DNA of 64,000 nucleotides from Candidatus Hydrogenedentota bacterium (GCA_963745075.1 CAVUWV010000020.1:64001-128000), one strand, 5' to 3'; positions 19,865 to 28,767 are shown, counted from the stretch's first letter. Notes: generated by a model from the sequence alone, not told the origin. Numbers and translations: made by a program.

Positions 19865-21082
19865 ATGTCACACGAATCACTATCCCGTCGAGGATTCCTG
19901 GCGACTTCTGGCGTTGCCCTGGGCGCCGGCATGATCGGCAGCACCGCATTTGGAGCCAACGATCGCATCCGCATCGGATTGATCGGCACGGGAAGCCGTT
20001 GCCGGTCGCACATGAAAAGCCTCGCCGATTTGAAAGACGCACATAACGTCGAGGTCGGCGCCGTGTGCGACGTGTGGCGGCCCAACCGGGAATCCGCCGC
20101 GGGCATCATCGAGAAGACCTTCGGCAAGAAACCCTTCGCGACGTCGCGGTTCGGCGAGGTGCTCGACCGGGACGACATCGACGCCGTGGTCATTGCTACG
20201 CCCGATTTCGCGCACACGCCCATCATGATCGAGGCCCTCAAAGCGGGTAAGGACGTCTACGTCGAAAAGCCCATGTCCTTGTCCGTGGAAGACTCCGCCA
20301 AGGCGGTCGACCTTACGCGGCAGAACGACCGCGTCGTCCAAGTCGGCACGCAGCGCCGGAGCGAGGGATGCTGGTGGGCGGCACGCGACCTCGTGGCGTC
20401 GGGCAAATTGGGTCAGGTGAGCCGAATTGCGGCCGCAAACTGTTTCAATCAGGAGCGATGGGCGCGCGATTACGACGACTGCAAGGAAGAAGACGTGGAC
20501 TGGGAGGCATATCTGTTTAACCGGCCCATGCGCCCCTTTGATCCGCGCCTTCTACGGCGCTGGCAGCTCTATCGCATGTGCACGAACGGTATTTCCGGTC
20601 TCTGGATGACGCATCTGATTGACGCCGCCCACATGATCATGGGCTCCACCTATCCCAACAGCGCGGTCGCTCACGGCGGCATTTACGTCTGGAAAGACGG
20701 CCGCGAACACAGCGACGTATTCCACGCGTTGGTGGACTATCCGGAAGGGTATCTCTTTGACTGGGCCATGGTCCTGACCAATTCGGCCGGGACCCACTAC
20801 AACGTCCACGGTCGGTACGGGACCATGGATATGTATGCCGGCACCTATTCCGGTGAGGGCGGCGAGGAAGGCCATCAAATCGAAGCCGGCAAGCTCGATG
20901 CCAAACCGGACGGCGATCATATGGCGAACTGGCTCGAATGCATGCGCAGCCGCCAGCGGCCCATCGCCGATATTGAGTATGGGTATCAGCATTCGGTCGC
21001 CACGATAATGACCGCCACCGCCCTCGAAACGGGCCAGCGCATGCGCTATAACCACGACGAACGAAAACTGTATGCCGGATGA
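19865..21082 (+). CDS. Tat-exported Gfo/Idh/MocA oxidoreductase
   Basis: SRRGFL, IGLIGTGSR, IATPDFAH, YVEKP and QVGTQRRS. Confidence 0.92.
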   Translation: MSHESLSRRGFLATSGVALGAGMIGSTAFGANDRIRIGLIGTGSRCRSHMKSLADLKDAHNVEVGAVCDVWRPNRESAAGIIEKTFGKKPFATSRFGEVLDRDDIDAVVIATPDFAHTPIMIEALKAGKDVYVEKPMSLSVEDSAKAVDLTRQNDRVVQVGTQRRSEGCWWAARDLVASGKLGQVSRIAAANCFNQERWARDYDDCKEEDVDWEAYLFNRPMRPFDPRLLRRWQLYRMCTNGISGLWMTHLIDAAHMIMGSTYPNSAVAHGGIYVWKDGREHSDVFHALVDYPEGYLFDWAMVLTNSAGTHYNVHGRYGTMDMYAGTYSGEGGEEGHQIEAGKLDAKPDGDHMANWLECMRSRQRPIADIEYGYQHSVATIMTATALETGQRMRYNHDERKLYAG

Positions 21083-21166
21083 AACCAGGCGGAACCGATT
21101 ACTGGGAATTGAAACGAAAGAAGGTATTCTTGCCTCGACCGCAGGTTAAATGAGAGGGAATATAGT

Positions 21167-22171
21167 ATGAAGCTGAGACTTGGAACGTTGCTGTGGGTTG
21201 GTGCGTCAATCGTCGTTGCAGGCCTGTATTCGCAAGTTGCCCATGGCGACGACATTCGCGTGGGGATTATCGGACTGGACACGTCTCACGTCATCGCTTT
21301 CACGAAGTTGTTGAATGACCCCAGTGAGGCGGAACACGTGCCCGGCGCCAAAGTCGTGGCCGCTTTCAAAGGCGGCAGCCCGGACGTCGAATCCAGTTAC
21401 ACGCGGGTCGATGGCTATACCCAGCAGTTGCAGGATGAATTTGGCGTGAAGATCGTGCCGACGATCGAGGAACTCTGCACCCTCGTCGATGCCGTCATGA
21501 TCGAGAGTGTGGACGGTCGGCCTCACCTCGAACAGGTAAAACCCGTGTTTGCCGCGGGGAAACCCGTGTTCATCGACAAGCCGGTGGCCGGGTCGTTGGG
21601 GGACGCCATCGCGATTTACAAGCTCGGCAAGGAACAGGGTGTGCCGTGGTTCAGTTCATCCTCGTACCGGTTTTATAAGAGCATGACGGATCTGATGGCG
21701 CAGGATGTGGGCGAAATCCGTGGCGCAATTTCGTACGGGCCCTGTCATCTGGAACCCCATCATCCGGACCTGTTCTGGTATGGCGTGCATCCGACGGAAG
21801 CCTTGTTCACCGCCATGGGCACGGGTTGCGAAAGTGTCGTTCGCACGTCGACACCCGACACGGACGTGGTCACGGGGATCTGGTCCGGTGGTCGTGTCGG
21901 GACACTTCGCGGTTTGCGCGAAGCGGCCACGCCCCACAAGGTCATCCTTTTTGGAACCAAGTCTGTGGCCGAACAAGGAGAAGGTGGCGATTACGCGCCG
22001 CTGGTCGTGGAAATCGTAAAATTCTTCCAGACCAAGATCGTCCCGGTCCCGCCCGAGGAGACGATCGAGATCTTCGCGTTCATGGAAGCCGCGGACGAAA
22101 GCAAGCGACATGGCGGCGCCCCCGTGACCCTCAAAGAAGTCATCGAAAAAGCCGGCGGCATGCCGAACTAG
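21167..22171 (+). CDS. Secreted Gfo/Idh/MocA oxidoreductase
   Basis: VGIIGLDTSH, DGRPH, FIDKP, SSSSYRF and WYGVH. Confidence 0.88.
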   Translation: MKLRLGTLLWVGASIVVAGLYSQVAHGDDIRVGIIGLDTSHVIAFTKLLNDPSEAEHVPGAKVVAAFKGGSPDVESSYTRVDGYTQQLQDEFGVKIVPTIEELCTLVDAVMIESVDGRPHLEQVKPVFAAGKPVFIDKPVAGSLGDAIAIYKLGKEQGVPWFSSSSYRFYKSMTDLMAQDVGEIRGAISYGPCHLEPHHPDLFWYGVHPTEALFTAMGTGCESVVRTSTPDTDVVTGIWSGGRVGTLRGLREAATPHKVILFGTKSVAEQGEGGDYAPLVVEIVKFFQTKIVPVPPEETIEIFAFMEAADESKRHGGAPVTLKEVIEKAGGMPN

Positions 22172-22206
22172 GCGCACGCAGTTGACACCGAAAGACGCGG
22201 TCGAGG

Positions 22207-23709
22207 ATGGGCATGGAGACAGCGGTCAGTAGCCGGTACCCCTTGGGCCTTGTAGCGCTCGCGCTATGCGCACTGTCGGCTGGCGCCCATGCCGACTTCG
22301 ACGTTCGCGACTATGGCGCCGTTGGCGACAAGAGCGCAACCGATACCCCCGCGATTCAAGCCGCTATCGACGCAGCCCACGCGGCGGGCGGTGGCACTGT
22401 TCACTTTCCGGCGGGGGACTACCTTTCCGGCGCGCTCACGGTTCGAAGCAACGTCACGCTCGATCTCGAACCGGGAGCTACACTGTTTGCAAGCCAGGAT
22501 AAGGCGAACTATCCCGAAGGTCGCAGCGAGCTGTTGTTCGCGGAGGACGCCGAGAATATCCGTCTGATCGGATCCGGCGCGATTCACGGCCAAGCCACCG
22601 CGGACTTGCGTCGTAAGCCGCCTATCGAGGAACCGTGGCCCGAGTTTCGCACGCGAATCCTGTTTTTCCGGGGCTGCCGCAACGTGCACATTCGCGACAT
22701 CACCATTTTGTACAGCGACTCGTGGACCTTGCATCTGCAGCGCTGTGACACCGTCTACATCGACGGCGTCACGATACACAATAACTATTTCCGGACCAAT
22801 TCCGATGGCATCGACCCGAATTCGTGCCGAAACGTCCACATCTCCAATTGCCACATTGTCGCGGGCGACGACTGTATTGTGCTGAAAGCCACTGAAGATG
22901 CGCCGTGCGAAAACGTCGTGATTGTGAATTGCACGTTGGAAACCATCGCGACGGCGCTGAAACTCGGGACTGAATCTGTCGGCGACTTTCGCGATATCCG
23001 CGTTTCCAACTGCACGATCCGCAATTCGCCCGTCGGAATCGGCTTCTTCATGAAAGACGGCGGCACGATGGAGCGTGTATCTTTCGACAATATTTCGATT
23101 GAGACCGCCGACCCGACCGAGGTCGCTTACGCGCGCAACAGCGTGTTCCCGATCTTCTTGGACATCGAGAAACGCCATGACGATTCGCCGGCCGGCCGGA
23201 TTCGTGAGGTGACGTTCAGCAATCTCGACATTCACACGATGGGTAGTTCGGTCATTCAAGGGATGCCGGAACGCCCCGTCGAGAACGTCACGCTGCGTGA
23301 CGTGACCGTGCGCGTCGACAAGGCCATGGACTTCAGCGAACGGAAAAAGAAGGTCGGAGGGCGGCGCACGGTCAGCAACCAGCGCGACACGATCTACGTC
23401 CGCAAACCCGCCTATTTCGCCTTCGGAAACGTCGACGCCCTCACCGTGGACAACCTGAAAGTAATCGTGTCCGACGCCGTGCACACCGAATACCCCCGAG
23501 CTGCACTCTACTGCGACGCAGTGACGGGCGCCAACCTGCGCGACGTGCACTTTCGACCCACCGACGGCAGAACCCCGATCCTCCGCCTCAACAACTGCCG
23601 CCATACGCTCGTTTCCGGGCAAATTGATATGCGCGAGGGCCACGTCGCAGTCACCGGGGACGAGACCGCCGATATCGTCGTTCAATCGCGGGGGAACTCG
23701 AGCCCCTAA
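22207..23709 (+). CDS. GH28-like right-handed beta-helix glycoside hydrolase
   Basis: DYGAVGD...DT.AIQ.AID, NSDGIDP, GDDCIVLK and KLGTES, with a signal peptide. Confidence 0.88.
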   Translation: MGMETAVSSRYPLGLVALALCALSAGAHADFDVRDYGAVGDKSATDTPAIQAAIDAAHAAGGGTVHFPAGDYLSGALTVRSNVTLDLEPGATLFASQDKANYPEGRSELLFAEDAENIRLIGSGAIHGQATADLRRKPPIEEPWPEFRTRILFFRGCRNVHIRDITILYSDSWTLHLQRCDTVYIDGVTIHNNYFRTNSDGIDPNSCRNVHISNCHIVAGDDCIVLKATEDAPCENVVIVNCTLETIATALKLGTESVGDFRDIRVSNCTIRNSPVGIGFFMKDGGTMERVSFDNISIETADPTEVAYARNSVFPIFLDIEKRHDDSPAGRIREVTFSNLDIHTMGSSVIQGMPERPVENVTLRDVTVRVDKAMDFSERKKKVGGRRTVSNQRDTIYVRKPAYFAFGNVDALTVDNLKVIVSDAVHTEYPRAALYCDAVTGANLRDVHFRPTDGRTPILRLNNCRHTLVSGQIDMREGHVAVTGDETADIVVQSRGNSSP

Positions 23710-23889
23710 GCCGATCGGTTCGTCGCGCGTCACGCGCGCGAGGCGCTCACCGTAATTCCAGCCCTTTCCCCAGACATCACGAAGCCATACAGGCGCAAGT
23801 CGATGATGTCAATTCGCGCGCTTGTAGTTACACCACGTTTCGTAGGATACTGCTTCGAAACGCGCCATTTCCGCGGCGCAGGGGAAAAA

Positions 23890-25224
23890 ATGAATATGAA
23901 AACAAATCGTCGATCGTTCCTAAAAACCGCTGCGGCATCGGCCGCTCCCTTTATTCTACCGTCCCGGATCTGGGCCTCCCAGACCAAACCGAATGACCGA
24001 ATCACGATGGGATTCATCGGGGTGGGTAAGCAGAACCGGTACCTGCTCAACACGTTCCTGCAATACGAAGAGTGCCGAGTCGTTGCCGTGTGCGATGTCG
24101 ACACCACGCGCCGCGAATCCGCTCAGCAGATGGTGAATGAACGCTATACGAGCAAACCGGAACTCGGTTCCACCGGTTGTCAGGCCTACGACGACTTCAG
24201 AGACATTATCTCACGGGAGGACATCGACGCGGTCTGTATCGCGACGCCGGATCATTGGCACGCCATTCCCACCATCACCGCGCTGGAATCGGGTAAAGAC
24301 GTTTATTGCGAAAAGCCGCTGACGCACAACATCCATGAAGCAATCGCGGTCATGGACGCGGTGAAGAAGAACAAGCGCGTGCTGCAGACCGGTTCCATGC
24401 AGCGGTCCATGCGCGAGTTCCGCATCGCCTGCGAACTCGTTCGGAACGGCGCCATTGGAAAGATCGATCACGTGGATTGCAGTTTCGGCCCTCCCGGGAT
24501 CCCCTGCGACTTGCCGGAAGAACCTATGGAACCGGGACTGGATTGGAACATGTGGATCGGTCCGGGGCCGATGCGGCCATACAACTCGGTCTTAAGTCCG
24601 CGGGGCGTGCATGATTTCTTCCCCGATTGGCGAAGCTACAAGGAATATGGCGGCGGAATGGTGTGCGACTGGGGCGCCCATCATCTCGACATCGCGCAAT
24701 GGGGCCTGGGAATGGACAAGAGCGGGCCGACGGAAGTTCATCCCCCTGACAATCCGCAGGCGAAAATTGGCGGCGTCCTTCATTACAAAAATGGCGTCCG
24801 AGTGGTCCATGTCGACGGGTTTGGCGTGGACTTTTTCGGAAGCGAGGGCGAGGTCAAAGTCAATCGCGGAAAGTTCGAATTCTACCGCGACGGCAAGAAG
24901 GTGGCGGGCTTCGTCGACCGCGCGGACGGCTCACTCGGGGTCACATTGCGGGATGTCGAGGACGAATACCTGAAACACGCAAGGGTCAAACTCTACAAAA
25001 GCGACAACCACCTGAAGAACTTCCTGGACTGCGTCCAATCGCGCAAGAAACCGATCGCGAACGAGCAAGTGGGCGGGCACTCTGCGATTTGCTGCCACCT
25101 GTTGAACCAAGCCTACTATAACCACGCAGCCATCAACTGGAAACCGAAGCGCCTGCGTTTCGAGAAAGACGGCGGCAAGCCCGAGTGGTTGACGCGCGAC
25201 TACCGCGCCCCGTGGAAGGTGTAG
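23890..25224 (+). CDS. Tat-exported Gfo/Idh/MocA oxidoreductase
   Basis: NRRSFLK, GFIGVG, ATPDHWH, YCEKP, QTGSMQRS and DWGAHHLD. Confidence 0.92.
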   Translation: MNMKTNRRSFLKTAAASAAPFILPSRIWASQTKPNDRITMGFIGVGKQNRYLLNTFLQYEECRVVAVCDVDTTRRESAQQMVNERYTSKPELGSTGCQAYDDFRDIISREDIDAVCIATPDHWHAIPTITALESGKDVYCEKPLTHNIHEAIAVMDAVKKNKRVLQTGSMQRSMREFRIACELVRNGAIGKIDHVDCSFGPPGIPCDLPEEPMEPGLDWNMWIGPGPMRPYNSVLSPRGVHDFFPDWRSYKEYGGGMVCDWGAHHLDIAQWGLGMDKSGPTEVHPPDNPQAKIGGVLHYKNGVRVVHVDGFGVDFFGSEGEVKVNRGKFEFYRDGKKVAGFVDRADGSLGVTLRDVEDEYLKHARVKLYKSDNHLKNFLDCVQSRKKPIANEQVGGHSAICCHLLNQAYYNHAAINWKPKRLRFEKDGGKPEWLTRDYRAPWKV

Positions 25225-25338
25225 CAGACAGCGCGCTCCGGCCTGGAACGGGAAACCGCGGGTGTAGATCAGCGGTAGAGACACCCGTAGGGGCGGGACA
25301 AATGCGCAATTATCGAGGGGTTGCGAAGGGGAAATAGA

Positions 25339-25415
25339 TGGCGTACCCGGAGGGACTCGAACCCCCAACCTCTTGGTCCGTAGCCAAGCACTCTATCCAA
25401 TTGAGCTACGGGTAC
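25339..25415 (-). tRNA. tRNA-Arg (anticodon ACG)
   Basis: Reverse complement is GTACCCGTAGCTCAATTGGATAGAGTGCTTGGCTACGGACCAAGAGGTTGGGGGTTCGAGTCCCTCCGGGTACGCCA: a 77 nt cloverleaf with TTCGA T-loop and encoded CCA. Confidence 0.97.
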
Positions 25416-25505
25416 GCATTTGCAGATCGACTGCGGAGAAGGATCGTAGCATTTGCCCGGTGTGTGGTGCAAATCGAATCCGGGGGCTGCTGTCGGAATT
25501 AAGGG

Positions 25506-25544
25506 AACACGGACCTGCACGGACAGACACGGACGATATGGACG
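25506..25544. repeat. Degenerate 9-nt tandem repeat (CACGGACNN)
   Basis: CACGGACCTG/CACGGACAGA/CACGGACGA/TATGGACG-type units with 9-10 nt period. Confidence 0.55.
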
Positions 25545-25612
25545 AGGATGAAGGTGCGTTCGGCAGTAACCCTCGAGAGTCTTTTCCCGGTGGAATCGGG
25601 GTCGTCTGGCGG

Positions 25613-27016
25613 TCATTCCCCGACCAGGTGCTCGAGATCTTCGCGGGAGACGGTGAACAAGTCCATGTCGTCGGTGATGGCGCCGAGGCTGACGAGGCAC
25701 TCGGTAAACAACTCGCGGGTCTTGAGTTCGAGATCCTGGCTGCCGAGGTCAGTCATGCACTTCAGGATGTGCTGGCCTTTCTTCACGTGGGTTCGCTCGT
25801 CGGAGCGGATGAAGTCGGCGATGTGGGCGAGCACGGTGTCGTTCTCGTCGCGTGCCTTGTCGATGAGGCTGTTGATGGTCTTCAGCACACCGACCTCGCC
25901 GAAGAGGTTTATCTCGGCCATGGCAAAAGCCGGTTCCATGGGCCCGCGGCAGGTGGAACTGGTCAGCCGGTTAGGCAGTTCGTAGGGGTCGTAACCGGAG
26001 GCCAGCAAAGCCCGGTGACCGATTTCGGTGTGGCGGGCTTCGTCCCAGGTTACGCGGGCGAGGTCGTATTCGGCTTTGAAGTCGATAAACCGGATATCCC
26101 ACAGGAAGGTGCCGAAGGCTTCGATGGCGTCCACTTCGTCGCGTTGGGTACGAATGAAGCGCAGCCGCATACTCTCGTAGGCATCCTTGGGGAAACGCTC
26201 CTTGCCGTCGGCCACGTCGTAGTCACCGGTGTGATGGAACGTGGCAAAACGCGAATCCCGCCGCGGTACCGTGTTTCGCTCGTAGGGGTTCTCGTCGATA
26301 CGCAGCGTGTCCGGCGGCGCGGCAGGCGTCTCGGCGCTGGAAATGCCGCCGATACTGGCCAGGAGTTGCTGCAAGTGCCACCGCCACGCGGTTAGACGGC
26401 TCTCATCGACGCCGCCGTCAACGTACGCTGCAATCGCCGCTTCGGCCCACTCCAGCATGGGCTCGTAGTCGAGCAGAATCCGCTTCATCGCACGAATGGT
26501 CGGTGCATCGGTCACACTGTCTGTGTCGTCGATGTGATGTTGATACGCAATTGCGATGGCCCGGCCCGCGACCTGATGTACGCCGACCAGCAATTCCGGC
26601 GTATCCGCCGCGGAAAGCATCTCGTCGATAAACCGGTCAACCGCTTCATCGCGATGCGCGTCGACCATCTTGAGGCTTTTTTCCTGCTCGCTCAGGCGCG
26701 TGCGCAGGGTGTTCGCTGCATCGGCGTGGTAGAATATGTGGCGTCCGGTTTCGACCTTGACCTCGAACTCGGGGATGGCCAGCGTCCACGATCCCAAGGC
26801 TTGCGCCAGCCGCCGTTCAAAGTAGAAGAACCGCAGTAGCCGTTGGGCGTTCTGCTCCACGGTAAACTTGCCGCCCATATTGCGGAAATCCCGGGGGAAC
26901 CGATAAGGAAACGCGCGGCGCCGTTCGGCCGCGGCCTCGCGGTCTTCGTCGAACGACACAACAGGATATCGCGTGACGGACGGATTGGTCGATTCTGAAT
27001 TGCCGTTGGTCGACAT
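25613..27016 (-). CDS. Tandem ferritin-like (DUF455-like) putative diiron protein
   Basis: C-terminal half has EVDAIE, WDEARH, GE and DERTH diiron-type motifs. N-terminal half is helical with FERRL and HIFYHADAA. ATG 27016 follows a GAGGAGG RBS. Confidence 0.7.
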   Translation of the reverse strand: MSTNGNSESTNPSVTRYPVVSFDEDREAAAERRRAFPYRFPRDFRNMGGKFTVEQNAQRLLRFFYFERRLAQALGSWTLAIPEFEVKVETGRHIFYHADAANTLRTRLSEQEKSLKMVDAHRDEAVDRFIDEMLSAADTPELLVGVHQVAGRAIAIAYQHHIDDTDSVTDAPTIRAMKRILLDYEPMLEWAEAAIAAYVDGGVDESRLTAWRWHLQQLLASIGGISSAETPAAPPDTLRIDENPYERNTVPRRDSRFATFHHTGDYDVADGKERFPKDAYESMRLRFIRTQRDEVDAIEAFGTFLWDIRFIDFKAEYDLARVTWDEARHTEIGHRALLASGYDPYELPNRLTSSTCRGPMEPAFAMAEINLFGEVGVLKTINSLIDKARDENDTVLAHIADFIRSDERTHVKKGQHILKCMTDLGSQDLELKTRELFTECLVSLGAITDDMDLFTVSREDLEHLVGE

Positions 27017-27191
27017 ACGGGTATCCTCCTCAATCTGCCTGAATCTGGCGAGATATGCGCTTGCAGCTATCGCACAACCTGGAGCACCAGCATAAAGCGA
27101 AACGGGAAAAAGTTCCAGTTTTCGGTCCCCGGAGTGCCGCGGGGCGGTTCGGTACCATCGCGTCGAAAGACCATCCCCGTCTGTCCCCGTC

Positions 27192-27220
27192 TTGACAAGT
27201 ACCAGGATTTGGGCCATCGT
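27192..27220 (+). promoter_or_regulatory. Sigma70-type promoter for the tandem riboswitch leader
   Basis: TTGACA (27192-27197), a 17 nt spacer and CATCGT (27215-27220). The aptamer begins about 10 nt later. Confidence 0.6.
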
Positions 27221-27229
27221 TCCAATAAA

Positions 27230-27283
27230 GCGCCGATTTGACCGACCCGCTTGCGGGCGCAATAGAAACGCGGCTAAAGCGAG
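27230..27283 (+). promoter_or_regulatory. SAM-II riboswitch aptamer (copy 1)
   Basis: GCGCC-GATTTG-ACCGACCC-GCTTGC-GGGCGC-AATAGAAACGCG-GCTAAAG matches the SAM-II H-type pseudoknot pattern (P1, GAUUU loop, UUGC pairing with GC-U-AA). Confidence 0.85.
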
Positions 27284-27300
27284 ACCAAAGAGATTGAGTC

Positions 27301-27342
27301 ACCCGCTTTGGCCGGCTCAGGCCTGAAGCGGGTTCTTATTTG
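27301..27342 (+). terminator. Intrinsic terminator of SAM-II copy 1
   Basis: ACCCGCTTTGGCC...GGCCTGAAGCGGGT followed by TCTTATTT. The 5' arm can instead pair with the aptamer 3' tail (27271-27281). Confidence 0.75.
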
Positions 27343-27361
27343 CATTTTTGAATCATCGGAA

Positions 27362-27463
27362 TTCATCACGAGAGGCGCGAGGGTACTGGCTCTGTGAACG
27401 CCCGGCAACCGAACCAAGTTGGTCGCGGGGCCACGGCCAGCCCGGGAAACCGGGAATGATGAT
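27362..27463 (+). promoter_or_regulatory. SAM-I (S-box) riboswitch aptamer, with G at the U57-equivalent position
   Basis: P1 UCAUC/GAUGA, J1/2 ACGAG, kink-turn P2 with GAGGGUACUGG, P3 GGCAACC...GGGGCC, pseudoknot CUGGC/GCCAG, and P4 CCCGG-GAAA-CCGGG. Confidence 0.88.
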
Positions 27464-27491
27464 GTATGCTCTTCTTCAAAGACTTCATCAC

Positions 27492-27518
27492 CCCCTCCAT
27501 CGCGAGGGGCTTTTTCTT
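27492..27518 (+). terminator. Intrinsic terminator of the SAM-I riboswitch
   Basis: CCCCTC-CATCGC-GAGGGG followed by CTTTTTCTT. The upstream TCATCACCCCC can pair with the P1 3' strand GGGAATGATGA as an antiterminator. Confidence 0.8.
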
Positions 27519-27610
27519 GCCTGCTCGCGGCGGTCCCAACCCTGGTCTTGGCTCCTGATGAACATTTGCAAGTCGGTATCATTGACGCAGAAGGTCGGAG
27601 GGAGGTTTGA

Positions 27611-28387
27611 ATGATCGGATCAATCGCGGGGGACACTATTGGATCCATTTACGAATCCCGCTCGTGGAAAAGCAAGGATTTCCCGTTGCTCGGCGACCTT
27701 TGCGCCTTTACGGACGACACGGTGCTGACCGTTGCCGTGGCTAAGGCCATTCTGGATGGTGCGCCGTGTCGGGAAGTCGTAAGGGATTTGGGCAGGAAAT
27801 ACCCTTACTGCGGCTACAGCAATGCGTTCAAGGAATGGCTATTCTTTGGGGATCGCGGGCCGTATCAGAGCTGCGGGAACGGTTCAGCGATGCGGGTGAG
27901 TCCCGTGGGATTTGCCTTCAACACGGAACAAGATGTCCTTGATGAGGCAACGAAAACCGCTGAGTTCACGCACGACCACCCCGAAGGAATCAAAGGGGCG
28001 CAGGCGACGGCGCTGATAATTCTTCGAGCACGAAATCGCGTATCCAAGGACGATATTCGTGCGGAGATCACTGACCGATTCACCTATGACTTGAGCAAGA
28101 CGGTCGACGAAGTCCGGCCGGATTACCGTTTCAACGGAACGTGTCAGGGCACTGTGCCGCAGGCCATCGTCGCATTCCTGGACTCGGAGTCCTATGAGGA
28201 TGCGGTCCGGAACGCGGTGTCGCTCGGAGGCGATGCGGACACGCTTGCCTGCATCACGGGCGGAATCGCCCAAGCGTTCTACGGCGGGGTACCCGACGAA
28301 ATCGTCCAGTGGACGAAGCAGCGTCTCAGTCCAGAGCTTCTGGAGATCACGGAAGCATTCTGCAAAAAGTTTGAAATCGCGATATAG
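27611..28387 (+). CDS. ADP-ribosylglycohydrolase (DraG/ARH family)
   Basis: GSIAGD.IGS.YE, FTDDT, GNGSAMR, THDHPEG and GGDADT motifs. GGAGG RBS. Confidence 0.93.
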   Translation: MIGSIAGDTIGSIYESRSWKSKDFPLLGDLCAFTDDTVLTVAVAKAILDGAPCREVVRDLGRKYPYCGYSNAFKEWLFFGDRGPYQSCGNGSAMRVSPVGFAFNTEQDVLDEATKTAEFTHDHPEGIKGAQATALIILRARNRVSKDDIRAEITDRFTYDLSKTVDEVRPDYRFNGTCQGTVPQAIVAFLDSESYEDAVRNAVSLGGDADTLACITGGIAQAFYGGVPDEIVQWTKQRLSPELLEITEAFCKKFEIAI

Positions 28388-28491
28388 CCGACGACAAAGA
28401 CGAGTGCCCAGATTGATCGCTTCACCTGTCACGCCGAGGATCCCCAATACAAAACAGTGTGGGGAATCGTCGACATTATCTTCGCGTTCCG

Positions 28492-28767
28492 TCAACTTGG
28501 CCCCGACGTAATCCGGGAGTACACGCCGTCGACCGCGTAGCCGACGCCATTTTGTTGACAATGCGCTCGAAGGAGTTCGCCAAGCGCAATAACGCGTTCA
28601 CTTTCGTTCGTGGCGATCTCGACGACTACCATCGGCTCGCTTTCTCCCCTGAAATGACCGTTCTCCGAGTACGTCGTGAAGTTCTCGAAATGAGAGGAAA
28701 CGATTTGGACGACTTCACATTCGGGCGCTGCGACATAGAGGCGATGGAGTCTTCCGATCAACTGCAC
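28492..28767 (-). CDS. 91 aa ferredoxin/PII-like protein resembling phage SAM lyase/DUF3574
   Basis: Perfect RBS AAAGGAGGT 9 nt before GTG 28767. Beta-alpha-beta-beta-alpha-beta pattern with F..FT....G.FRG..E...VVEI...Q..V. Confidence 0.6.
   Translation of the reverse strand: MQLIGRLHRLYVAAPECEVVQIVSSHFENFTTYSENGHFRGESEPMVVVEIATNESERVIALGELLRAHCQQNGVGYAVDGVYSRITSGPS

Noticed and set aside
25339..25415. tRNA-Arg as an island integration site; G37 as unusual
   Set aside because: I saw no integrase and no duplicated tRNA 3' end, and the accessory stretch lies on the 5' side. G37 in ACG tRNAs is common in several phyla.
27274..27648. Short ORFs over the riboswitch leader (27274-27648, 27348-27614, 27419-27610; also 28879-29292)
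   Set aside because: They overlap clear structured RNA elements and lack an RBS or protein motifs.
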